Positions 54,030 through 64,000 of a DNA stretch of 64,000 nucleotides are shown here, one piece after another. Every line of letters begins with the position of its first letter. The first letter of the stretch is position 1. The notes beneath the pieces are model-generated. The model was not told the origin of the DNA and searched no databases. It was given only the letters and a program-made list of their open reading frames with translations. The stretch spans positions 1,364,001-1,428,000 of the forward strand of contig JAXLNO010000385.1 of the NCBI GenBank assembly GCA_038087875.1. The letters are read 5' to 3'. The translations under genes and the position numbers were made by a program. The stretch comes from Malacoraja senta (lineage: Eukaryota).

Positions 54030-55401
54030 AGATACATAGATATATAGATAGAAAATAGGTCCAGGAGTAGGCCATTCGGCCCTTCGAGCCTGCACCGCCA
54101 TTCAATATGATCATGGCTGATTATCCAACTCAGTATCCCGTACCTGCCTTCTCTCCATACCCCCTGATCCCTTTAGCCACAAGGGCCACATCTAACTCCC
54201 TCTTAAATATAGTCAATGAACTGGCCTCAATTACCCTCTGTGGCAGAGAGTTCCAGAGATTCACCACTCTCTGTGTGAAAAGGTTTTTCCTCATCTCGGT
54301 CTTAAATGATCTCCCCCTTATCCTTAAGCTGTGACCCCTTGTCCTGGACTCACCCAACATCGGGAACAATCTTCCTGCATCTAGCCTGTCCAACCCCATA
54401 AGAATGTTGTACGTTTCTATAAGATCCCCTCTCAATCTCCTAAATTCCAGCGAGTATAAGCCAAGTCTATCCAGTCTTTCTTCATATGAAAGTCCTGACA
54501 TCCCAGGAATCAGTCTGGTGAACCTTCTCTGCACTCCCTCTATGGCTATAATGTCCTTCCTCAGATTTGGAGACCAAAACTGTACGCAATACTCCAGGTG
54601 TGGTCTCACCAAGACCCTGTACAACTGCAGTAGAACCTCCCTGCTCCTATACTCAAATCCTTTTGCTATGAAAGCTAACATACCATTCGCTTTCTTCACT
54701 GCCTGCTGCACCTGCATGCCTACTTTCAATGACTGGTGTACCATGACATCCTGGTCTCGGTGCATCACCCCATTTCCTAACCGGCCACCATTTAGATAAT
54801 AGTCTGCTTTCCTGTTTTTGCCACCAAAGTGGATAAGCTCACATTTATCCACATTATACTGCATCTGCCAAACATTTGCGCACTCACCCAGTCTATCCAA
54901 GTCACCTTGCAGTCTCCTAGCATCCTCCTCACAGCTAACACTGCCCCCCAGCTTAGTGTCATCCGCAAACTTGGAGATGTTGCCTTCAATTCCCTCATCC
55001 AGGTCATTAATATAAATTGTAAATAGCTGGGGTCCCAGCACTGAGCCTTGCGGTACCCCACTAGTCACTGCCTGCCATTGTGAAAAGGACCCGTTTACTC
55101 CTACTCTTTGCTTCCTGTTTGCCAGCCAGTTCTCTATCCACATCAATACTGAACCCCCAATACCGTGTGCTTTAAGTTGGTATACTAATCTCTTATGTGG
55201 TACCTTGTTGAAAGCCTTCTGAAAGTCCAGATACAACACATCCACTGGTTCTCCCCTATCCACTCTACTAGTTACATACTCGAAAAATTCTATAAGATTC
55301 GTCAGACACGATTTACCTTTCGTAAATCCATGCTGACTTTGTCCAATGATTTCACCACTTTCCAAATGTGCTGCTATCCCATCTTTAATAACTGACTCTA
55401 G
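54030..55401 (-). mobile_element. Young 5'-truncated CR1 (ORF 54130-55365) inserted into an older plus-strand CR1 (53330-55650)
   Basis: Near-identical protein to 14548-15810 and 31358-33967. The host CR1 reads ...gaggaaaacctttt | ttccacccaaagagttgtg across it. Confidence 0.95.
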
Positions 55402-57218
55402 TTATTTCCACCCAAAGAGTTGTGAATCTGTGGAATTCTCTCCCACAGACGGCTGGGGAGGCCAATTCACCAGATGTTTTCACGAGAGTGTTAGTTATAG
55501 CTCAGGGCTAACGGAATCAAGGGAGATGGGGAGAAAGCAAGAGCGGGGTACTGATTTTGGATGATCAGCCATGATCATTTTGAATGGCGGTGCTGGCTCA
55601 AGGGTCGAAAGACCTTGTCCAGCGCCTATGTTCTGTGTTTATATGTTTCTATTCTGAAAGGGGGAGGTGAGCAGCCAGAGCTCATAGTCCATATTAATAG
55701 CAATGACACAGGTATGGAGGGAGATGAGGCAGGGAGTGAGACAGGTGGTTAAAAAGTAACCACCTCTGTGTAAGAAGGATCTGCAGATGCTGGTTTAAAC
55801 CGAAGGTAGACACAAAATGCTGGAGTAACTGAGCAGGTCAGTATGAAGAAGGGTCTCGACCCGAGACGTCACCCATTCCTTCTCACCAGAGATGCTGCCT
55901 GACCCACCCACTGAGTTACTACAGCATTTTGTGTCTGAGGGCGTAGAGAAGATTTACGAGGATGTTGCCAGGTCACGAGGGCCTGATCTAGAGGGTGAGG
56001 TAAAAACGTTTTTATTTTTATTTCAAATGTTGCTCTTTAAAGGGTTAACGCAGGTTCAGTATCCATAATGAATCTCATCTGTAATACGGTGTCAGTACCG
56101 ATGAGCTGGAACCAAGGCAAACAGGCGAATTAACTAAAGAGCAGAGGGATCTCAGGCGACAGGTACACAGTGCGTTGAGAGTAACATCACACGGAGATAG
56201 GGTGGTCAAAAAGGCTTTTGGCACATACGCCTTCACCAGTCAGAACATTGAGTATAGAGATTTCGTGGTCATGTTGCACATGTATAAGATGTTGGTGAGA
56301 CAGCATTTACAGTGTTGTGTTCAGTTTTGGACACATTAGTATCGGTAAAATGATGTCAAGGTGGAAAGGCCGTAGAGAAGATTTGATAGGATGTTGCCAA
56401 GTCTTGAGGGCCTGATCTAGAGGGACAGATTCAGCAGGCTAGTGTTTTATTTCTTGGTGCACAGGAGGATGAGGGATGATATTTTCAAGGTGACTAAAAT
56501 ATTGAGAGATATAAATAGGGTCGACGCACAGATTAGTGGAATCAAGATCCAGAGGACAAATTTAAGATGTGGGGGAAGATTGAATAGGAACCTGAGGGGT
56601 CATTTTCACACAAAGGTGTGAGTGGAACGAGCTGCAAGAGGAGATGTTTCAACCCAGTACTCATATCGTCATACGGTGTGGAAACAGGCCCTTCGGCCCA
56701 ACTTGACCACACCGGCAACCATGCCCCATCCACTCTATTCCCACCTGCCAGCATTTGGTCCATATCTCTTCAAACCTATCCTATTCACATACCTATCAAA
56801 CTGTGTCATAAATGGTAGGTAAGTCCCTGCCTCAACTACCTCCTCTGGCATCTTGTCCCACACATCCACCACCATTTGTGTGAAAAAGGTATCCCTCAGA
56901 TTCCTATTCAATATTTTCCCCTTCACCTTAAACCTATGTCCTCTGCACATCGATTCTTCTATTCAGGGCAAGAGAATCTGTGCTTCTACCCAATATATCC
57001 CTCTCATGATCTTATGCACCTGTATAAGATCACCCTTCTTCCTTCTGCGCTTCAAGGAATAGGTTCCCTGCCTACTCAACCACTCCCCATAGGCCAGTCC
57101 CTGGCTGCTGCATCCTTGTATCTGTAAAGGATCTAGTTTGGCAAAATATTTCCAATAACACGGTACCCTGAACTGAAAACAATACTCCAAATGCGGCCTC
57201 ACTAAGGCCTTATACAAC

Positions 57219-57787
57219 TGTTACGACTCCCGAATGCTGGTAATTCAGAGTCGCGTAACAAAAAGAAAAAGCCAGGTTTAAGTTTTAAAATGGTTTAATT
57301 ATTTAATAACACACCAAAACTCCAACCTGATTTAAACAACCCAGACAAGGATGTGAATGGATTTAACAAACAACTTAAAATTGCTCAGGTCAGCCACGCA
57401 ATGGACCGTCGAACCTCAGGCTCTAAACCTACCTAAAAGAAATCTATCCATGAAACAATAGACCGAAAACTTCTACGGACAGCCCAATCCAATATGGTAC
57501 TACGTTTTGTTGAAATTACTCGAAGGTCAGGGCCATGTGGCTAGGCCTCCCACTGATCACACCAACATAGGCTCACGAGGCAGGGTCGTCGTCGAAAGAG
57601 AAAGGATTCTGGGAGCTCTGCCATTTATACTCCAGATGAGGCACCCGTCACCTGACGCAGCTCAGCCAATCGGGTACAGGAGCTTCTTAACTCCTTGTTG
57701 TCCTGACTGATCCACAAGGCCTGCCCTCAGGAAAGAAACAGGGACATGTTAATACATGACATTGACGAGGAGGGGGAGCGCCTAACA
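57219..57787 (-). repeat. 3' LTR (569 bp)
   Basis: tgttacgac...gcgcctaaca, adjacent to a PPT-like G tract (plus-strand cccccaccc, 57788-57796). Confidence 0.96.
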
Positions 57788-57858
57788 CCCCCACCCAAAG
57801 ATCCTGAATACGTTTCGGAATAAGAGAGAACAAAAAAAACACCACCAAATCACAGAAC

Positions 57859-59130
57859 CTATTCAGCAGCTAAACTCCACTGGCGCGACAAGGCGTCAGC
57901 CAAGACATTATCCTTGCCACGGATATGCCGGACCTCCAGGTTGTAGTCTTGCAGCTGCAAACTCCAGCTCATTAACCTGCGGTTCTTATTCTTCATATTA
58001 CTCAAAAATACCAACGGATTATGATCCGTGAGTACGACTACAGGGACATTCGAGGAGCCAACATAAACCTCGAAATGATTTAGAGACATTAACATAGCAA
58101 GGGCTTATTTCTCAACGGTGGAGTACCACTTCTGATGACGATTAAACATCTTAGAGAAGTACGAAACTGGATGCTCCACCCCATCTGAATCATCCTGTAG
58201 AAGAACTCCCCCAACCCCACGATCACTAGCATCCACTGCCAGCTTAAATGGAAGCCCAATATCAGGTGCCGCAAGCGCAGGTGCGCGCACCAACAGACTT
58301 TTAGTATGATCAAAGGCTTGTTGACACTCTGCGGACCACACAAACGCTACCTTCGGACTCAGCAAATCCGTCAAAGGAGCAGCCACCGCAGAGAAGTTTG
58401 CACAGAATCCCCTATAGTACCCAACCATAGCCAGATACCTAGGGAGTTCAGTCCGCGAGGTTGGAGCAGGAAATGCGACAATATGCTCCACCTTGTCCTT
58501 GAGAGTACGAACCTGACCCCGGCCCGCCACCTTACCCAGATACGTTACCATGGCCTGGCCAAACTCACACTTCCCCAGATTGATAGTGAGCTTTGCCTCC
58601 GCTAGACGATGAAATACCTCCTTCAGATGACCGATGTGTTCGATCCACGACCTGGAGCACACAACCAAATCATCAAGGTATGCCTCACAGAAGGACAATC
58701 CAGACAATACAATGTTCACCAACCGTTGGAAGGTTGCCGGCGCATTGCGCATCCCAAACGCCATTACTCTGTACTGCAGAATGTTATCAGGCGTAGCGAA
58801 CGCAGAGATCTCCCTCGCCCGCTCAGTCAAGGGAACTTGCCAATACCCTTTTAACAAGTCCAGTTTAGACACACAAGATGCACTTCCCACACGATCCACG
58901 CAATCCTCCATTCGTGGGATAGGATAGCAATCCGGCTTAGTTACTCCATTTACCTTCCGAATGTCCGTGCAAAACCTGTCCTCCCCATTAGCCTTCGTAG
59001 CCAGTAGACATGGAGAGCTCCACGGACTACAACTGGGTTCAGCAATTCCATGCCGCAGCATATAGTCAACCTGACTCCCTAGACGATGATATCTGTCAGG
59101 GTTGACAAGCGTCATCGTCAATTGGCGCAT
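57859..59130 (-). pseudogene. pol: reverse transcriptase + RNase H (frameshifted)
   Basis: SPWSSP, LDLLKGYWQVPL, FGMRNAPATFQR, YLDD; RNase H VDASDRGVGGVL..YFSK..YSTVEK and TDHNPL..NVLADALSR. Confidence 0.95.
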
Positions 59131-60732
59131 TGACGTGGCCGGTGATGTTTAATTGGCGCAGCACCGGCCACGTCAATGTCATGCTGCAGCACAGACGTCT
59201 GAGAAGGCACATCCGAGAACGGTGACCCATTTGACTTCACCAACGCAAGCAGATCACCCCGCTGACTTTCTGTCAAATGAGACAAACTCAAGGGAAGCGA
59301 CTCCAAAGCCTCAGAGTTACACAGCCTTCCCTGCGTCACTGCCATAGACAACCGTGTCTCACCCACGTCACCACACGTGTCAGGGGGCAGCACAGCCGCA
59401 GCCAAAACAGGCTTAGATGTCTCCGAAGGACACAGCACCTCCCCATCAACCTCCACGGGCTCCTGGCCATGGTACTGCTTCATCATGTTGACATGACAGA
59501 GCTGAGTCTTACGCCTTCGATCAGGGGTACCAATAACATAATCCCTTTCACCAACCTTCTTAACCACCTGATAGGGACCGCTATATCGAGCCTGCAGACT
59601 GGAACCAGGAATAGGCAACAACACCAGGACCTTGTCACCTGGAGAGAAATTCCTACTAGAAGCCTTCCTGTCGAACCACCCCTTCATCCTAGACTGAGCA
59701 GAAGCAAGATTCCCCATTTCCAGTTCGCCTGCCCTCTTCAGTCCAGTTCGAAAGGCACAGACGTGGTCTAAAATACTCCGTTTATTGTCCTCCTGCAACC
59801 ATTTCTCCTTTAGGACCCTCAACGGATCACGTACAGTATGCGCGAACACTAGGTCAGCATGACTGAACCCTAATGACTCCTGCACGACCTCACGCACCGC
59901 AAACATAACTAGATGAACCCCCTCATCCCAGTCTTTTTCAAACTCTAGGCAGTAAGTCCTCAACATAGATTTCAAAGCCTGGTGAAACCTCTCGAGAGCT
60001 CCCTGGTTTTCACGATGATAAGCACTGGAGTAACAATGCTTAATATCTAACGACTGTAGTACCTGACCAAAGACCTTCGACATGAAGTTGGAAACTTGGT
60101 CACTCTGCACAACCTTGGGTAAACCGAACAATGGAAAAAACTTAGTGAGATACTTCACAATGGTAGGGGTAGTAATTCTACGCAAAGGGACCACCTCCGG
60201 AAAGCGGGTAGACGCACACATTATTGTCTTAAAAAACTTGTTGCCCCCCTTTGTCCGAGGTAGAGGACCCACACAATCAACTAGAATGCGCTCAAACGGC
60301 TCACCGACCACAGGAATTGGATATAAAGGCGCAGGAAGAATCGATTGGTTCGGCTTTCCCGCCACCTGGCAAATGTGATAACCCCTGCACTTCTGTTTTA
60401 CATCCTTTTTCAACCCTGGCCAAAAATAAATACCATAAGATACGGTCATACGTCTTATTGACCCCTAAATGTCTAACCAGGGGACCATCATGAGCCAAAC
60501 AGAGTATCTCGTCCCTATACCGACGAGGTATCACAATCTGATCAACCACGCTCCAATCATCATGCCCCGATATATCTAAGGGAGACCACTTTCGCATCAG
60601 TAAGCCCTCCCTTAGAAAAAAAACCTTTGCTGTGGAATCCATATCTCCCTCAAGCACCGCGCAGTCGAACAGCTCAGATAAATCTGGATCACTCTTTTGC
60701 TCCTCAACCAGCCGGTCACGTGACAGCGACAC
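59118..60732 (-). pseudogene. pol: integrase (HHCC remnant, DDE core, GPY/F region), located upstream of RT
   Basis: AHDGPLVRHLG; ILVDCVGPLP, VQSDQ, GALERFHQALK; RYSGPYQV...HVNMMK. Confidence 0.95.
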
Positions 60733-60809
60733 CGGCCCATTTCCAGACTCTATCCCCTCTTGAGATGTAGAAACACCCTTGACAGCACAGGATCCCTCAT
60801 CCTGATCCC

Positions 60810-62545
60810 CTAAATGCTCTCACTCAGGTCCACTACATCCTCAAACTTCGCCCGGCTCTTAGACATAGCCCTCGTGACAGCACAAGCTGCGAAGACCATC
60901 GGATGCTGCATAGCCAATCTATCAGGACTCTGCACCACCGGAACAGCCGTCACCTCAGGTGTAACTAAAACCTTACCTCCTGCCAAGTCATTCCCCAAAA
61001 TGACAGACACTCCCTCAACGGGAAAAACGGCCGTAACCCAACAATTACCCGGCCTGAAACCAACTCGGACTCGAGACTCACGGTATGCAAAGGCACTACC
61101 ATGTCTTCCATCCCGACACCTATCAGATGAACACTTGACCCAACCGATGATTCCCCAGAAAACGGCAGTACACTCTGTAATATAAGGGACTGATCAGCAC
61201 CAGTATCTCGCAAGAAGGATACTGGAACTCTATCAGTCCCATCCTCCAGAGAAATAAAACCCTTCATGATGAACGCAGAATAAATCCTACACTCATCAGA
61301 CTCAGGTACCTCAGGTACCACAGGTGCCTTCTGTGTACCCACCAACGCCACAGGCTTTGCCTTTTTCTGCTTCCGAACTGGACACTCCTTAAACATGTGC
61401 CCTCTCATTCCACAATAGAAGCACACAGGACCTTCGCTAGTTCTCAAATTTCCGTCAACCCTATCATCTCGGACCTCCCCCTGTATCAACGTGCTGCCAC
61501 TTGCAGGCACAGAAACACATTTGACACTGCCACCGGCGACACCACCATGATCAACCGGTCGTGCACCAAAACTACAGGAGCGCCCAACAAAATCCGTTTT
61601 ATGAGTCAATACATACTCATCTGCCAACACTGCGGCCTTAGACACCTCATTCACCTTCTGCTCATTAAGGTAAGTAGTAACCATCTCAGGGAGACAGTTC
61701 TTAAATTCATCCATAATCATCAAGGCCCGCAGTTGCCTAAAATCCTTCACTCCTTGAGAAGTGCACCACCTGCCAAAAAGTGCCTCCTTCTCCCTAGCAA
61801 ACTCCACCTAAGTCTGACTATCAAACTTCCTAAAGCGCCGAAATTTCTGTCGGTACGCCTCTGGAACTAATTCATAAGCCCTTAGTACTGTAGACTTCAC
61901 ACACTCATAGTCCAGACTGCTATCAACAGACAAAGTCGAGTACACCTCTCGTGCTTTACCCACAAGGACACACTGCAATAGCAAGGTCCACACGTCCTCA
62001 TGCCACTTCAAGGCCAATGCCACCCGTTCAAACACTGTGAAAAACTTGTCTACATCCTTCTCACTAAAGGGGGGAACCAGGCGGATGTTCTTGCTCATCT
62101 CAAACTCCCGTTCCCTAGAAGAGCCCCGGGAGGCATCCACTTCCTTCTCCCGCAGCCTCAACTCTGCCCTCTTGGTTTCCTCCACCTGCTCAAGCCGTTT
62201 CATTTCAAGAACATGCATGAGCTCCATTTTCCGTGCCTCAAGCTCCATCTCCTTCTCATGGGAGACTCTTTTGGACTCCCGCATTGCAAACTCTAACTCC
62301 TTTAGTTTAATTACGGCCTCCATGTTCTGAACTGGCTGACTTGATTCTTGACTCTCTTGACTACCAAGCAGCACCTTTTTTTCAACCAAAGCATCCCATA
62401 CCAAACTTTTAATGGACTTTCTGCTTGCTTGATTATCAATAGAGACTCCATATTTGACTGCCAGCAATACCAAGTTTGCCTTAGTACAACTATGAAAAAT
62501 CTCAAGGCTAGGCGTCTCAGCAAACTCCTCCACCTTAAATTCCAT
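60810..62545 (-). pseudogene. gag (SCAN-like capsid region, CCHC zinc knuckle) + aspartic protease; in-frame TAG at 61808-61810
   Basis: LVPPFSEKDVDKFF..W..GKAREVY..YELVPEAYRQKFR; CFYCGMRGHMFKEC; LRDTGA; ILGNDL (60810-61010). Confidence 0.92.
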
Positions 62546-62703
62546 TTCAAATTATTATTATTTTTTTCAAACCACCAGCGAAACTCTGGCTCCAATGCTA
62601 TCACATAAAGAGAAAAAATATTTTTCCTTACAACCCAGACTTCCCTAGTTTCCAGAAGCCAGCCAAAAAAAAAAACCACAACCGTCTAGGGTCCTCAAAG
62701 CTT

Positions 62704-62717
62704 CGGACGAGCCCCCA
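62704..62717 (-). other. Primer-binding site for tRNA-Pro
   Basis: Minus strand TGGGGGCTCGTCCG lies 3 nt from the 5' LTR and is complementary to the tRNA-Pro 3' end (...CGGACGAGCCCCCA). Confidence 0.9.
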
Positions 62718-62720
62718 TTT

Positions 62721-63288
62721 TGTTACGACTCACGAATGCTGGTAATTCAGAGTCGCGTAACAAAAAGAAAAAGCCAGGTTTAAGTTTTAAAATGGTTTAT
62801 TTATTTAATAACACACCAAAACTCCAACCTGATTTAAACAACCCAGACAAGGATTTGAATGGATTTAACAAACAACTTAAAATTGCTCAGGGCAGCCACG
62901 CGATGGACCGTCGAACCTCAGGCTCTAAACCTACCTAAAAGAAATCTATCCCTGAAACAAAAGACCGAAAACTTCTACGGACAGCCCAATCCAATATGGT
63001 ACTACGTTTTGTTGAAATTACTCGAAGATCAGGGCCATATGGCTAGGCCTCCCACTGATCACACCAACATAGGCTCACGAGGCAGGGTCGTCGTCGAAAG
63101 AGAAAGGATTCTGGGAGCTCTGCCATTTATACTCCAGATGAGTCACCCGTCACCTGACGCAGCTCAGCCAATCGGGTACAGGAGCCTCTTAACCCCTTGT
63201 TGTCCCGACTCATCCACAAGGCCTGCCCTCAGGAACGAAACAGGGAAATGTTAATACATAACATTGACCAGGAGGGGGGCGCCTAACA
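62721..63288 (-). repeat. 5' LTR (568 bp) with CCAAT-like (63168-63172), TATAAA (63126-63131) and AATAAA (~62796-62805) signals
   Basis: About 18 substitutions and 1 indel versus the 3' LTR by eye; the signals lie in the expected U3-R order on the minus strand. Confidence 0.95.
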
Positions 63289-64000
63289 ACAACTTATGCA
63301 TAGAGCCAGACCATTCACTGAGTTGGCCCTGCCCATGTTAGACTTCCCAAAATGCAATAGCTCACAATTCTCTGCATTAAATTCCACCAACCATTCCTCA
63401 ACACACTTAGCCAATCGATCAAGATCCTACTGCAATTAATCACAACCATCTCTACGATCTGCAAAACCACCCACATTTGTATCATCTGCAAACTTGCGAA
63501 TCTTGCTCTGTAAGTTCTCATCCAAATCATTGATGTAGATGTTAAACAGTAACGGGCACAGGACTGAATGCTGTATCACAGGTCTCCTGTCCAAGAAGCA
63601 AACGTCCACCATCACCTTCTGCTTCCTTTCATGAAGATTGTTTTTCTATCCAATCAGCTATCTCTCCTTGTAACTATATAAAGCTACAAACAAAAAGTAC
63701 TACGGCAAACTTTAAGGAACATTTATACAGATGCATGGATGGGTCATTTATAGGAATATGGGGATGAGGAATGTTGGCCGGTGTGGACAGGCTGGGCCGA
63801 AGACTCTGTTAGACTCTATGGCTCTAAAACCTAAGGGTGTGTGTGTGCACACATTCCTCACTTGGCCATGGATCTCTGTGCTGGGATTCTAGAACACATT
63901 CATTTTAAGACAAACCCGGTTAATCGCACTTTTTAACATTATTATTACAGCAGTTTGTCCAATGGTCACTCATGGATAGGTAACCTGCAAACATGTCCAA

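Larger units (their letters stand above)
57219..63288 (-). mobile_element. Full-length Gmr1-like Ty3/gypsy LTR retrotransposon (6070 bp), coding region disrupted
   Basis: Two TG...CA LTRs, 5-bp TSD ACAAC (57214-57218 and 63289-63293), PBS, PPT, and gag-PR-IN-RT-RH order. Confidence 0.96.
55768..64000 (+). repeat. Third, partial and more diverged paralog of the duplication unit, interrupted by the LTR element
   Basis: 55790-56085 matches 26465-26760; 57000-57218 matches 16455-16685; 63310-64000 matches 16850-17600. Confidence 0.85.

Noticed and set aside
56090..56130. Additional hammerhead-like string ccgatgagc...ggcaaac (also ~14070 and ~26160)
   Set aside because: Lacks the invariant U of CUGA and a properly placed GAAA; pairing is not kept among copies.
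61808..61810. Programmed UAG read-through between gag and pol
   Set aside because: The stop lies within the capsid/SCAN-like region upstream of the zinc knuckle, and the element has other lesions; a nonsense mutation is simpler.
62859..63254. 131-aa ORF in the LTR, antisense to the element
   Set aside because: No recognisable motif, and it is broken by stops in the other LTR.

Overview
Repeat-saturated vertebrate DNA with no confidently recognisable host gene. The repeat complement (CR1/HER1-type LINEs, HE1/V-SINE pieces, Penelope-like pLTR pieces) suggests a cartilaginous fish, probably a skate or ray; this is inference. From left to right: (1) a decayed L1-clade ORF2 (1-2400, minus). (2) A CpG-rich (TTCGAG)n/LINE-tail array and a broken esterase-type CR1, each interrupted by a short element flanked by a 14-15 bp target-site duplication (TSD) and carrying a minimal hammerhead-ribozyme motif, complete in one insert and truncated in the other. 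(3) A head-to-tail segmental duplication (6653-18585 / 18586-29198), mostly TE debris with a few non-TE blocks and three copy-specific CR1 insertions. (4) A nearly intact full-length CR1 (31254-35855, minus) with 90-bp 5' monomers, one 2-bp deletion in ORF1 and one nonsense codon in ORF2, inserted in a CA-rich array. (5) A ~14-kb compound (CA)n-derived array with kb-scale internal duplications, which explains the spurious 4,000+ aa His/Thr ORFs. (6) More LINE fragments. (7) A third, partial copy of the duplication unit, interrupted by a full-length Gmr1-like Ty3/gypsy element (57219-63288, minus) with PR-IN-RT-RH domain order, SCAN-like Gag, tRNA-Pro PBS and a 5-bp TSD. All alignments, counts and family assignments were made by eye.
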